From positions 128,001-192,000 of the forward strand of contig CAVSSM010000007.1 in assembly GCA_963730605.1 (NCBI GenBank): a DNA stretch of 64,000 bases, read 5' to 3'. Positions 20,167 through 30,242 of the stretch are shown in pieces. Below the pieces are notes generated by a model. It saw only the letters and a list, made by a program, of their open reading frames with translations. It was not told the origin of the DNA and did no database searches. This stretch comes from an uncultured Chlamydiae bacterium. Its GTDB lineage: Bacteria; Chlamydiota; Chlamydiia; Chlamydiales; SM23-39. A program made the translations under genes and the position numbers. Every line of letters begins with the position of its first letter. Position 1 is the first letter of the stretch.

Positions 20167-21043
20167 CCTTCATCGTTTTAAAATGGGTTTTCGCTACTTT
20201 TCCGAGAATTTCCGATCCGTACTTGGCGACCAGTTTCTGTCCGGCTTCCACCACTTGCCCAGCGGCTCCTTTGGGAAGAGGCATCCCATATTCCTTGGTT
20301 AACGCCTCCAAACCATCCAGGAATCCAGCCCTCGCTAAAATCGAGGCGGCGGCGACCACGAGATCTTCTTCTCCCCGCACCTTCTGCTCTAGATTGACTG
20401 CGATCTTTTTTTGCTTCAAGGCGTTTTCCATTACAGACTTATCGGCGAACTGATCGAGGAGCGCGTCGCGGCAATCGGTCTTGCGGATCACATCATCGAG
20501 CGCTGCAGCGTGCGCCCATCCGAGCAGCCGGTTGAGGTTTTTAAATTTTCCATGGAGTTCGTTGTATTTTTGAGGAAAGAGGCGGATGACGGTATAGGAA
20601 TAGGAGGCGCGGATTTTTGCGGCGATTTTTTTGACCGCATCGTCGCTCATTCGCTTGCTGTCTCTCACCCCCATCTCGAGCAGTCTCTTGATCCCAACGC
20701 TATCGGCGAAGACGGCGGCGACGCAAAGAGGTCCAAAAAAATCCCCCTTTCCCGCTTCGTCCATCCCGATGTGCGGGGTCGTGTTGAGATGGGCCTCAGG
20801 ATGGGAAAAACGAAATTCCTGGAGGATCTCAGGCTCGAGGTAAAACTCGATGAAAGGCTGCATTTCCTTTCCCTGTACGGTCAGGCTGCCGGACTCGTAG
20901 AGGGTGCAAGAGACGCCAGCTTTCTTCGCTGAAAAGACAGTGTAAGGAGGCCTGCTCATCTCGAACCCCTGTTCGGCAAGGTCATTCTTGAGCTTATCTG
21001 CGAGCTTGAGATCGATCTTTGCCGTGAAGGTGGCAGGCGTCAT
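20150..21043 (-). CDS. rnhC: Ribonuclease HIII
   Basis: TBP-like N-domain (LYESGSLTVQGK), IGMDEAGKGDFFGPL, VAAASILAR, KTHFKT. Confidence 0.95.
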   Translation of the reverse strand: MTPATFTAKIDLKLADKLKNDLAEQGFEMSRPPYTVFSAKKAGVSCTLYESGSLTVQGKEMQPFIEFYLEPEILQEFRFSHPEAHLNTTPHIGMDEAGKGDFFGPLCVAAVFADSVGIKRLLEMGVRDSKRMSDDAVKKIAAKIRASYSYTVIRLFPQKYNELHGKFKNLNRLLGWAHAAALDDVIRKTDCRDALLDQFADKSVMENALKQKKIAVNLEQKVRGEEDLVVAAASILARAGFLDGLEALTKEYGMPLPKGAAGQVVEAGQKLVAKYGSEILGKVAKTHFKTMKDVISS

Positions 21044-21156
21044 AGGGCTTCCGATTGTATGAGGTTGGAGTGAATTGGTCAACAAACTCGACGAATCTTT
21101 GATTTTTAGACACCCTCTGATAGAATCTGGGATTTTGGATTAGGAGGAGGACTGGG

Positions 21157-21555
21157 ATGAGTGAAAAGCTGGGCGGGTATTTCCGTGGCAAACGGGAAGA
21201 AATGAATCTTACATTGAAAGAAGTGGAGAATGCGACATCCATTCGGATGCTTTATCTGCAGGCCATCGAAGAGGGGAAGGTCCATCAATTTCTTTCGCCA
21301 GTCTATGCTCTCGGATTTATCCGGCAGTATGCCCAGTTTTTAGGGTTGGAACTGGAAAAATTGTCCAAGGACTTTCCCGAAGCGTTCCGCCAGACCTCGG
21401 AAAAGCAGGAATTCTCCTATGGGATCGGGACGCTCGAGAAAAGGGGCAGTCCGCAGGGCAGTGTCCGCTGGATGCCAAACTTGATGTGGGGGGCCTTTTT
21501 TCTCGCACTAGGACTTGCAGCTTGGTATTTCGGCAAGTGGATCGGCGCTTTTTAA
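21157..21555 (+). CDS. rodZ: RodZ-like HTH membrane protein
   Basis: LKEVENATSIRMLYLQAIEEG...YALGFIRQYAQFLGL plus C-terminal TM; divergent from rnhC. Confidence 0.78.
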   Translation: MSEKLGGYFRGKREEMNLTLKEVENATSIRMLYLQAIEEGKVHQFLSPVYALGFIRQYAQFLGLELEKLSKDFPEAFRQTSEKQEFSYGIGTLEKRGSPQGSVRWMPNLMWGAFFLALGLAAWYFGKWIGAF

Positions 21556-21559
21556 ACCA

Positions 21560-21702
21560 AGAACTGACGTATTAAATCTGCAAAACTGCAAAGCAAGTCT
21601 AAAGTCAGCGGACTTTCCCCAAACGAAACGTTTTGGGACCCCTTTCCGCTCCGTCCCCCCCGACCGTCTATTCTTCTTTATTTTTTTTAATGTGTCAGTT
21701 CT
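21560..21702. repeat. Inverted-repeat (MITE-like) element
   Basis: 17-bp IR AGAACTGACGTATTAAA / TTTAATGTGTCAGTTCT (2 mismatches) with central hairpin; no clear TSD. Confidence 0.55.
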
Positions 21703-21759
21703 ATTTTCACACTGCAAATTTCTGGCGGGAAATAGGTTCTTCCTTTATGGTCGGAAGAT

Positions 21760-23598
21760 ATGGATGCATTGGGCGACTATTCAATCCAAAAAGAATTGGG
21801 CCATGGCGCTTTTGGCCCAGTCTACCTCGCTGAGCACCGCTTTATCAAGCGTCTCTTCGCCCTCAAAGCAATTCCGGAAACTGTCTCTCAGGACCCCGCT
21901 TTTATCCGCCGCTTCGAGTCGAATGTAGCCGATATCGCGGCCCTCGACCATCCGAATATTTTGAAAATCCATAACGTTTCGTGTCAAGACGGCCGTTATT
22001 TCGTTGTCACCGATCCTATTGTCGATTCGATGCAAGAGTCGATGAATCTCGACCGCTTCCTCCAATTGAAGGGAAAATCGCTCTCTGAAGAGGAGATCGA
22101 GGAGCTGCTCAAACAAGTCGGCTCGGCTCTCGATTACGCCCATCATGCCGGCATTGTCCATGGCTCGTTGAAACTCACGAATATCTTAGTCCTTGCGAAA
22201 GAAAAAGGAGTGCAGCTTCTTCTTTCCGATTTCGCCTTGAACCGTTTGATCGGAGAAGGGGAGGCTCTCCTGCATCTCTATAGCCAAATCGCCGCTTCAT
22301 TTCGTCCTTCATTTCATCCAGGCGCGGCTCCCCGCTTTGAAATATCGGCGCGCAGCCGCAATTTCCTAAAGCATCTTGCCTTCATGGCTCCTGAGCAAAA
22401 AGAAATCGACTTCCCCCCTGCAGAACCCAAGGCCGACGCGTACGCCTTTGGAGTGTTGGCTTATTTCATGCTGCTCCGGAAAATTCCTGAAGGGTGTTTC
22501 GATCTTCCATCTAAGATTTTGCCTGACTATAAATTTCATTGGGATCTCTTGATCAACCGATGTCTTCAGAACAATTCGAACGTACGGCCCCAGAAATTGA
22601 TTTTGGCGATGCAAGAATACCTCCGGGCGCCACGAACGCTCTCTAGAGAGATGGTAACCTTAGGAGAAGTGGAAGGAAAAATCGAAAATGTCAACCAGAT
22701 GGCCTTCGAGTTTCCTCACAAAGAGCCGCACGCTTCCGAACAGATTCCCAAACCCATCCTCAAGCCGCAAGAAATTTCCCGCCCGCAATACGAAGCGGAT
22801 CCCGGGGCGGTCTTTCATCAACCAATGCTTGTTTCCCATTACACCCCAGTGAAAGTAGAAGAGGACGAAATCGAGCCGATTCTTACGGAAATGGTGGTGA
22901 TTCCCGGCGGCTCTTATTTGCGCGGCAGTTTTGACGGCGCCCGCGATGAGATGCCCCGCCATGAAATCAAGCTCCCCAGCTTCGCCCTCGACATCCATCC
23001 CGTCACAAACGAGCAATTTGTCCGGTTCCTACAGGCGATGGGGGGAGAAAAAGACCACAACAATAATGACATCATACGTCTCCGCGACTCCCGGATCAAG
23101 CGGAGCGCCGGCAAGACGATCATCGAATCGGGCTATGCGAAACATCCGGTCGTCGGCGTGACCTGGTATGGCGCAGTCGCTTACGCGAAATGGATCGGCA
23201 AGCGGCTCCCCTTCGAGACTGAATGGGAGGCCGCAGCTATGGGTGGACACCCTGATTGGCTATTCCCGACCGGTTCGAATATAGAAAGGTCCCAAGCTAA
23301 TTTCTTCAGCTCGGATACGACCCCCGTCATGAGCTACCCTCCGAATGCCTTTGGGCTCTACGACATGGCGGGCAATGTCTATCAGTGGTGCCAGGATTGG
23401 TACGCATACAATTACTACGACGCCTCGGCTCTCGAACCTGACAGGCCCGCCGGCCCGCCGCAAGGGGTCTACCGCGTCCTTCGCGGAGGCTGTTGGAAAA
23501 GCCTGAAAGACGACATGCGGTGCTCCCATCGCCACAGAAACAATCCCGGCGCCGTCAATGGAACTTACGGTTTCCGTTGTGCGGCAGATGTCGTTTGA
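21760..23598 (+). CDS. pkn1: Ser/Thr kinase with C-terminal FGE-sulfatase domain
   Basis: LGHGAFGPVY kinase lobe; HPVVGVTWY, GLYDMAGNVYQW, VLRGGCW and GFRCA FGE motifs. Confidence 0.92.
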   Translation: MDALGDYSIQKELGHGAFGPVYLAEHRFIKRLFALKAIPETVSQDPAFIRRFESNVADIAALDHPNILKIHNVSCQDGRYFVVTDPIVDSMQESMNLDRFLQLKGKSLSEEEIEELLKQVGSALDYAHHAGIVHGSLKLTNILVLAKEKGVQLLLSDFALNRLIGEGEALLHLYSQIAASFRPSFHPGAAPRFEISARSRNFLKHLAFMAPEQKEIDFPPAEPKADAYAFGVLAYFMLLRKIPEGCFDLPSKILPDYKFHWDLLINRCLQNNSNVRPQKLILAMQEYLRAPRTLSREMVTLGEVEGKIENVNQMAFEFPHKEPHASEQIPKPILKPQEISRPQYEADPGAVFHQPMLVSHYTPVKVEEDEIEPILTEMVVIPGGSYLRGSFDGARDEMPRHEIKLPSFALDIHPVTNEQFVRFLQAMGGEKDHNNNDIIRLRDSRIKRSAGKTIIESGYAKHPVVGVTWYGAVAYAKWIGKRLPFETEWEAAAMGGHPDWLFPTGSNIERSQANFFSSDTTPVMSYPPNAFGLYDMAGNVYQWCQDWYAYNYYDASALEPDRPAGPPQGVYRVLRGGCWKSLKDDMRCSHRHRNNPGAVNGTYGFRCAADVV

Positions 23599-23599
23599 G

Positions 23600-24073
23600 A
23601 TGATGAGATATAAATCGATCTTATTCGTTTGCATGGCCAATATTTGCCGCTCGCCCGCGCTCTCGGCGACGCTCCGCCATGCTGCTCTGAGGAAAGGGAT
23701 CGAGGGTCGCTTAAGGATCGATAGTTGCGGCATCGGCTGGTTCCACGTAGGGCAGCATCCCGACCCGAGAGCTTTCGAAGCGGCGAAGAAAAAGGGGATT
23801 TTCATCGATCACCGCTCTCAGCAGTTCCGGGATGCTTTCTTCGAGGAATTCGACCTGATCCTCGCCGTCGAGCCGAAAATTTTGGAGCAGATCAAGCTCC
23901 GGGCCAAAAACCCTGCCCAGGCGGCCAAGGTCCGGCTCGCCACCGATTTCAGCGAGAAATATAAAGGCCAGCCCATCCTCGACCCCTACTATATGAACAG
24001 TCCCGGGTTCGATGAGCTGATGGAAATGGCCATCGATTGCTGCACAGGGATTTTGAAAGAGGTGGGGTACTAG
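23600..24073 (+). CDS. Low-molecular-weight protein tyrosine phosphatase
   Basis: LFVCMANICRSP P-loop, FDLILA and DPYY motifs. Confidence 0.92.
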   Translation: MMRYKSILFVCMANICRSPALSATLRHAALRKGIEGRLRIDSCGIGWFHVGQHPDPRAFEAAKKKGIFIDHRSQQFRDAFFEEFDLILAVEPKILEQIKLRAKNPAQAAKVRLATDFSEKYKGQPILDPYYMNSPGFDELMEMAIDCCTGILKEVGY

Positions 24074-24104
24074 GTACTAGGCAGGATTCTCACCGAGTCT
24101 TTAC

Positions 24105-24269
24105 CTCGACTTTGTACAATTTTGTGACGGCATCTCCGAGAGAATCGCTGGCCCTTTTTTCCTTTTTTTGCTCATAAATAGCGCCTTCGGCTATGAATTT
24201 CGCAAAAAAAGAAAAAAATTGCAGAGCGCTTCCTCTGGATCTGCTCGCCAAAAATTGTACAAAGTCGAG
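24105..24269. mobile_element. 165-bp fold-back MITE, family C
   Basis: 19-bp perfect TIR CTCGACTTTGTACAATTTT; 5-bp TSD TTTAC on both sides. Confidence 0.85.
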
Positions 24270-24351
24270 TTTACAAATATCAAAACATTTTTTTAATAGC
24301 TTTAAAAACGACTATTGCGCTACCCTATAGCCAAGCAAGAAGGAGAATCCA

Positions 24352-24687
24352 ATGGTAGCACAACATCCTCGTATTCAATATTTGAATTACCAACCCCAAC
24401 TGGATCGTATGAATCAAAATATGATGCGTTTAAATGCCTGCATGATCGAAAGTGAAAAAAAACGAAAGGCTTTCGAAGCGGCCGTTAAGCAATACGTAAT
24501 CGTAGGTATCTTGGGAGTGGGTATTACGATTCTCGCGTATCGAAATGCAGGCGCGATCAAGACTCAGTTACAATCGGTCGGCAATCTGTCTATGGGAGAT
24601 TTGCAAAAAGCAGCTGGAAATGGATGGAAAGACACGACTTTGCTTTTCGAAAGGTCTAAACAGTATCTATCGAACTTGCTGCATTAG
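24352..24687 (+). CDS. Hypothetical single-TM protein
   Basis: AAGGAG RBS; 111 aa with one hydrophobic segment. Confidence 0.6.
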   Translation: MVAQHPRIQYLNYQPQLDRMNQNMMRLNACMIESEKKRKAFEAAVKQYVIVGILGVGITILAYRNAGAIKTQLQSVGNLSMGDLQKAAGNGWKDTTLLFERSKQYLSNLLH

Positions 24688-24716
24688 AACTCCTAACTCT
24701 ATAGGGCTCATTTTTC

Positions 24717-25649
24717 ATGAAGGTGCTCCTATGTAAACCCCGGGGGTTCTGCGCGGGCGTCGAGCGGGCGATCGATACGGTAAAACGGGCTTTGGAGCTT
24801 TGGGGCTCCCCTATCTACGTCAAACATGAGATCGTCCATAATAAACATGTCGTTGACGAATTGAAGCGCAATGGTGCCATCTTCATCGAAGAGCTCGCCG
24901 ATGTCCCCGTTGGCTCTCGGCTCATCTATTCAGCCCACGGGATTCCTCCATCGGTCAGAGTCGAGGCGAAAAAAAGAAATCTCATCGAGATCGATGCGAC
25001 CTGCGGGCTTGTGACCAAGGTCCATTCCGCCGCCAAGCGATTTGCCGAAAAGGGTTATCATGTGATCTTGATCGGCCACCGTAATCACGTGGAAACAATC
25101 GGCACGGCAGGCGAGGCTCCCGGGTCCACTTGGATCGTCGAAACGGTCGAAGATGTAGAAAAGCTTCCCTTCGGGATCGTTGATAAATTGGCTTATCTGA
25201 CACAGACGACGCTCAGTTTAGACGATGTCAAAGAGATCGCGAGCGCCCTCCTTGCACGCTTTCCGCAAATCGAAACCATTCCCAGTTCTTCTATTTGCTA
25301 TGCTACGACGAATCGCCAGATGGCTCTTCGCTACGTGGCTATTGATGCCGACCTTGTCCTCGTAGTGGGAGATCCCAGAAGTTCCAATTCCAACCGCCTT
25401 CGGGAAGTGGCGGAGAGAAGGGGAGTCAAAGCCTTTCTCATCAATGGGGAAGACGAAATCCAACCCGAATGGTTCGCCGGTGTCCAGGTGATTGCCATGA
25501 CCGCGGGCGCATCGACTCCGGAGCCGGTCGTTCAACAATGCATCGGGCGGCTGCAAAAACTCGGCGTGAGCGAGATCGAAGAGGTCGTTTTCCGAGAAGA
25601 AGACGTTTTTTTCCAACTCCCCAAACAAGTTCTCGTTGTGGAAAAATGA
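24717..25649 (+). CDS. ispH: HMBPP reductase
   Basis: PRGFCAGVERA, IDATC, ICYATTNRQ, SSNSNRL and TAGASTP motifs. Confidence 0.98.
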   Translation: MKVLLCKPRGFCAGVERAIDTVKRALELWGSPIYVKHEIVHNKHVVDELKRNGAIFIEELADVPVGSRLIYSAHGIPPSVRVEAKKRNLIEIDATCGLVTKVHSAAKRFAEKGYHVILIGHRNHVETIGTAGEAPGSTWIVETVEDVEKLPFGIVDKLAYLTQTTLSLDDVKEIASALLARFPQIETIPSSSICYATTNRQMALRYVAIDADLVLVVGDPRSSNSNRLREVAERRGVKAFLINGEDEIQPEWFAGVQVIAMTAGASTPEPVVQQCIGRLQKLGVSEIEEVVFREEDVFFQLPKQVLVVEK

Positions 25650-25671
25650 AATCGGCCTCATTTTGAGGCTG

Positions 25672-27543
25672 ATGACTCAAGCTTCCGAACGGATCGTCCG
25701 CCTTGAAAAGAAAAGCCTGAAGAGGGTTTTGGGCGTCTCTGACTTGTTCGCGATCGGGTATGGGGATGTCGGCTCTTCCATTTATTACGCATTAGGGGCG
25801 ACGGCCCTTTATGCTTTAGGCGCAACGCCGCTTGCCCTCATGGCCGCAGGCGCTGTATTCATTTGCACCGCCTTGACTTATGCCGAGATGGCTACGACTT
25901 TTCCTGAGCCGGGAGGGTCGGCGGTCTATTCCCGTCATGCGTTCAATGACCTGATCTCTTTTGTCGCTGGCTGGGGACTGCTTCTCGATTACATCGTGAC
26001 GATCGCCATTTCCGCCTTTGCCATCCCTCCGTATTTGCAGAGCTCGCTGAAAGCAGTAGGCATCACCTATAGCGGCACTCCGCTCATCCACTGCTCAACG
26101 ACGATCGGAATCATCGTCTTTCTCTTTTTTCTCAATTTATTCGGAATCAAGGAATCGGGAAGGTTCAGCGCGATCCTCGCCCTATTCACGATCATCACAC
26201 AGGTGTGCATCATCGTGCTCGGTGCAATACTCTTCCTCAATCTCCCCTATATCTACCACCATATGGAGATCGCGGTCCAAGGGGCCGATTGGTCTCCCGA
26301 CTGGGGGAGTTTTTTCAAGGGATGCGCGATGGCGATGGTGGCCTACACTGGGATCGAGGCGATCTCGCAGCTTGCCGCAGAGGTGAAGCATCCTGCGGTC
26401 TCTATCCCCCGCGCCATCAAATGGACGAGCGTCGTTGTCTTGTTTCTTTATTTCGGACTTTCTACCGTCGGCCTTTCGATCATTTCTCCCCAGGAGCTCG
26501 GGACGACCTACATCAACGATCCGGTTGGCGGAATCGCGGAAAATTTCCCCATCGGAGGGGCGATCCTTGGCCCTTGGATCGGAATCCTCGCCGCCGTCAT
26601 CCTCCTCATCGCTTCGAACGCAGGATTGATTGGCTGTTCGCGACTTGTTTTTGCCATGGGCGAAAACTATCAAGTCCCGAGTTTTTGCTACAAGCTCCAC
26701 AGCCGCTTCAGGACGCCTTATGTCACGCTCATCATTTTTACCGTCCTCTCTTCTTTGATCGTGGCATTGAGCCAGGGTCAAATGCTATTTCTTGCCGATA
26801 TCTACAATTTCGGCGCTCAGATCGCCTTTTTTTCCGTTCACATGTCTCTTCTTGTCCTCCGCTGGAGACGTCCCGAATTGGAGCGCCCCTATCGGATTCC
26901 CTTCAATCTACCTTTTGGACGGGGCCGGTCCTTGCCCATCACTGCGATCATCGGCGCAGCGGCCACTTTCTCGGTTTGGCTCCTTGTCGTAGTGATGAAA
27001 GTCGAAGGGAGGATCCTTGGATTTTCTTGGATGTTCTTTGGCCTTGCCATGTACCTCTATTACCGGAAAAAGCACAAACTCTCTCCCACGGCGCGCATCA
27101 AAATGGAAAAGGTGAAAATTCCCGGTTTCCGTCCCCTCAAGGTCCGCCACATCCTGGCTCCAGTCCGTCTAGTAGGAAGCACGGAATCGCTTCAAACCGC
27201 ATGTCAGCTAGCCAAAGCGAATCATGCGGAGCTCACGGTTGTCTTCATTCTCGAAGTGCCCCATTCTCTGCCGATGGATGCTAAGATGCCGAGGATGGAG
27301 ATTTTTGGAGAAGCTGCATTGAAGCGGGCTGAGGCGATTGCCCGCGAGCTTCATTTATCTCCTAATCTGAAGCTGCTCCGTTCCCGTTCTGTCGAATCGG
27401 CTCTTTTGAATCTTATTGCGCATGACGAGTACGATCTCATCGTCATCGGACTGGAATATAAGGAGCTAAAGCGAAAAGCCGGTTTTGATGCCGAAAAACT
27501 TCTCAAAGATTCTCCTTGCCGCGTCTTCTTTTGCCGATCATAG
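25672..27543 (+). CDS. APC amino-acid permease with C-terminal USP domain
   Basis: GSSIYYALG, AYTGIEAISQLAAE and HSRFRTPY motifs; USP-like tail (DLIVIG...SPCRV). Confidence 0.88.
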   Translation: MTQASERIVRLEKKSLKRVLGVSDLFAIGYGDVGSSIYYALGATALYALGATPLALMAAGAVFICTALTYAEMATTFPEPGGSAVYSRHAFNDLISFVAGWGLLLDYIVTIAISAFAIPPYLQSSLKAVGITYSGTPLIHCSTTIGIIVFLFFLNLFGIKESGRFSAILALFTIITQVCIIVLGAILFLNLPYIYHHMEIAVQGADWSPDWGSFFKGCAMAMVAYTGIEAISQLAAEVKHPAVSIPRAIKWTSVVVLFLYFGLSTVGLSIISPQELGTTYINDPVGGIAENFPIGGAILGPWIGILAAVILLIASNAGLIGCSRLVFAMGENYQVPSFCYKLHSRFRTPYVTLIIFTVLSSLIVALSQGQMLFLADIYNFGAQIAFFSVHMSLLVLRWRRPELERPYRIPFNLPFGRGRSLPITAIIGAAATFSVWLLVVVMKVEGRILGFSWMFFGLAMYLYYRKKHKLSPTARIKMEKVKIPGFRPLKVRHILAPVRLVGSTESLQTACQLAKANHAELTVVFILEVPHSLPMDAKMPRMEIFGEAALKRAEAIARELHLSPNLKLLRSRSVESALLNLIAHDEYDLIVIGLEYKELKRKAGFDAEKLLKDSPCRVFFCRS

Positions 27544-27548
27544 ATCTC

Positions 27549-28439
27549 TTAGTCTGACGCAAAATGGCATGAAACAAAATGCCCCCCTCCGAGATCTCTA
27601 AGCTTTGGTTTTTCGCGCAAGCATCGATCTTGCCGCTCTGGGCAGCGAAGAGCGAATGGGCAGCCGGACGCGGGAAGCGGCGAAGGGGGGGAGGAGGGAT
27701 GGAAGGGCTCTCTTTTGCCGTCGATTCGTGGAATTGAAGAGAGGAGCAATTGGGTATAGGGGTGAGAGGGGTTTTTGTAAACCTCTGGCACCGGCCCCGT
27801 TTCGACGAATTCTCCGTGGAGCATGACTGCGACGCGGGTGGAGATATGGCGGACCATCGCTAGGTCATGCGCGATGAAAAGATAGGTGAGGCCGAACTCT
27901 TTTTGCAATTGGAGAAGAAGATTCACGATCTGCGCTTGAATGGAGACGTCGAGGGCCGAAATGGGCTCGTCGCAGACGATGAAGTCCGGATGCAGGGCAA
28001 GCGCCCTTGCGATCCCGACTCGCTGCCTTTGCCCGCCGCTGAACTCATGGGGAAAACGGCCAACGGCGCTTTTCGGGAGGCCGACGAGGTCGAGGAGCTC
28101 TCCCACGCTAGGACTAGTTCGTCTGTGGATGAGAAGCGGCTCGCCGATGATATCCCCGATCGTCATGCGCGGATTGAGAGAGGCAAAGGGGTCTTGAAAG
28201 ATCATTTGCATCCGCGACGGCAAGCTCTTTTCAACGATTTTCCCAGCGAATAGGACTTGGCCGGAGGTGGGCTGAGTAAGGCCGAGCAGCATCCTTCCGA
28301 GCGTCGATTTTCCGCAGCCGCTTTCTCCGACAAGGCCAAAAATCTCTCCCCTCGAGAGAATGAAGCTGATGTCTTTTACGGCGGCAAAGCTCTCCTTGCC
28401 GATTTTATAGAGTTTGGTCAGAGAGCGCGCTTCAATCAT
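27549..28439 (-). CDS. oppF: Oligopeptide ABC transporter ATPase
   Basis: GESGCGKST, FPHEFSGGQRQR, HPYTQ and C-terminal Cys motif. Confidence 0.92.
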   Translation of the reverse strand: MIEARSLTKLYKIGKESFAAVKDISFILSRGEIFGLVGESGCGKSTLGRMLLGLTQPTSGQVLFAGKIVEKSLPSRMQMIFQDPFASLNPRMTIGDIIGEPLLIHRRTSPSVGELLDLVGLPKSAVGRFPHEFSGGQRQRVGIARALALHPDFIVCDEPISALDVSIQAQIVNLLLQLQKEFGLTYLFIAHDLAMVRHISTRVAVMLHGEFVETGPVPEVYKNPSHPYTQLLLSSIPRIDGKREPFHPSSPPSPLPASGCPFALRCPERQDRCLREKPKLRDLGGGHFVSCHFASD

Positions 28440-29391
28440 GGCCTATCCAACGCGAGTGTGTTATCCAACAAGCCGCCGAGTCGATGAAGGGGGGCTCTTT
28501 TTTGCAAATCGGCATCGCATGCGGGCAGCGCTCTCGGAATGAGCAGCCTATCATTGGTGCTAAGAGATTGGGAGGGGCTCCCGCGATGGTCTCCAACACA
28601 CCTGGCCCGGAACCCTCAAGCCTAGGAATGGAGCGAAGGAGCATTTGCGTGTAAGGGTGGCGGGGATGGGCGAGGATTTGGCGAGTGGGCCCTTGTTCGA
28701 CGATTTTTCCGGCGTAGAAGACTAAAACCCTCTCGCACATTTCGGCAACGACGGCTAAATCGTGGCTGATGAGAAGAAGGCCCGCCCTGCTTTTGCATTT
28801 TTTCAAAAGATCCAGGATCTGCGCCTGTACGGTGACGTCGAGGGCCGTTGTTGGTTCGTCGGCGATGAGGAGCTTCGGGTTATGACTTAAGGCAATCGCG
28901 ATCAAAACCCTTTGGCGCATCCCGCCGCTCAAGGCATGGGGATACTGGTTCAATCGCTCTTCGGGCCTTTGGATTTCGACCTCCCGCAAGAGCTCGAGCG
29001 CGCGTGCCTTAGCCTCTTTTTTATTTGCGATTCCATGGGCAATGAGCCCTTCAGCTACCTGAGCGCCGATCGTCATCGTCGGGTTGAGCGAGGCCATCGG
29101 ATCTTGAAAGACCATCCCGATCTTCTTCCCTCGGATTTGACGCATCTCTTTTTCCGTTTTTTGCAAGAGATCGACCCCTTCGAAAAAGACCTTCCCCTTG
29201 AGGTTAGATGCTGGGGCGAGGCGGAGGATCGACTGGACCGCGGCGCTCTTCCCGCAGCCGCTCTCCCCAACGATGCCGACCGCCTCGCCCATCTTCACTT
29301 CGAATGAGACGCCACGCACCGCTTTGAGCTCTTTTCCGTAAAGGGAAAAGGAAACTTCCAGATCTTCGACTTTTAATAAACTGCCGTTCAT
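28432..29391 (-). CDS. oppD: Oligopeptide ABC transporter ATPase
   Basis: GESGCGKS, YPHALSGGMRQR and DEPTTALDVTVQ motifs. Confidence 0.92.
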   Translation of the reverse strand: MNGSLLKVEDLEVSFSLYGKELKAVRGVSFEVKMGEAVGIVGESGCGKSAAVQSILRLAPASNLKGKVFFEGVDLLQKTEKEMRQIRGKKIGMVFQDPMASLNPTMTIGAQVAEGLIAHGIANKKEAKARALELLREVEIQRPEERLNQYPHALSGGMRQRVLIAIALSHNPKLLIADEPTTALDVTVQAQILDLLKKCKSRAGLLLISHDLAVVAEMCERVLVFYAGKIVEQGPTRQILAHPRHPYTQMLLRSIPRLEGSGPGVLETIAGAPPNLLAPMIGCSFRERCPHAMPICKKEPPFIDSAACWITHSRWIGHD

Positions 29392-30242
29392 CTTCGCAGC
29401 CTGGGGTCAAGTGCGTCCCGAAGAGCGTTTCCAAGCAGGTTGAACGAGAGCATCGTGAGTGTGAGCATGGCGGAAGGAAAGAGGAGCCGCCACGGATAAT
29501 AGCGCATCGCGCTGAGGCCGTCGTTGACCATCACGCCCCAGCTTGCTGCGGGAGCTTGCACGCCGAGGCCTAAAAAGCTCAAGAAAGCTTCGGTGAAGAT
29601 CGCGGTGGGCACCGTCAGGGTGACGGCGGCGATGATGGGGCCGATCGCGTTGGGGATCAGGTGGCGCAGCGCAATCCGCGCCGCCGATGCGCCGTTCAAT
29701 CTTGCGGCCGCCACATAATCGAGCTCCTTGATCTGTAAGATTTGGCCTCGGACGATCCGCGCCATATTGATCCACCCAGTGCAGCACATCGCAATCAAGA
29801 TCGTGTCGATCCCGCTCCCTCGGATCACAGTGAGGAGGATCACGACGAGAAGGTAAGGGATCGCATAGAGGATGTCGCAGATCCGCATCATCGCTTCCTC
29901 GATGCGGCCTCCGGCCATCGCTGCGGCAGATCCCCAGATGACGCCGAGGATCATGTCGATGACCGCAGCTGCGATCCCGATGAAAAGGGAGATCCGCGCA
30001 CCCCACCAGATTCGGGTAAAAAGGTCGCGGCCGAGTTCGTCGCTGCCGAACCAAAAACGGGCTCCGGGAGGCGTGTCATGCCATTCCAGATGGATATCGT
30101 AATAAGCGTAGGAAGAGATCCAGGGGCCAAAGACCGCACATAGCGCGATGGCCGCCAGGGTCCAAAGGGCAACAAGCGCGGGCCGGTTCGAGGAAAACCG
30201 CCTCCAGGCGTCTTTCCAATATCCTGGATATTCACTCTCCAT
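29388..30242 (-). CDS. oppC: Oligopeptide ABC permease
   Basis: FGSDELGRD, EAA-like motif YVAAARLNGA, EAFLSFLGLG. Confidence 0.92.
   Translation of the reverse strand: MESEYPGYWKDAWRRFSSNRPALVALWTLAAIALCAVFGPWISSYAYYDIHLEWHDTPPGARFWFGSDELGRDLFTRIWWGARISLFIGIAAAVIDMILGVIWGSAAAMAGGRIEEAMMRICDILYAIPYLLVVILLTVIRGSGIDTILIAMCCTGWINMARIVRGQILQIKELDYVAAARLNGASAARIALRHLIPNAIGPIIAAVTLTVPTAIFTEAFLSFLGLGVQAPAASWGVMVNDGLSAMRYYPWRLLFPSAMLTLTMLSFNLLGNALRDALDPRLRR

Noticed and set aside
21107..21120. TAGACACCCTCTGA matching the family B MITE end
   Set aside because: An isolated 14-bp match with no second end; a remnant or chance.
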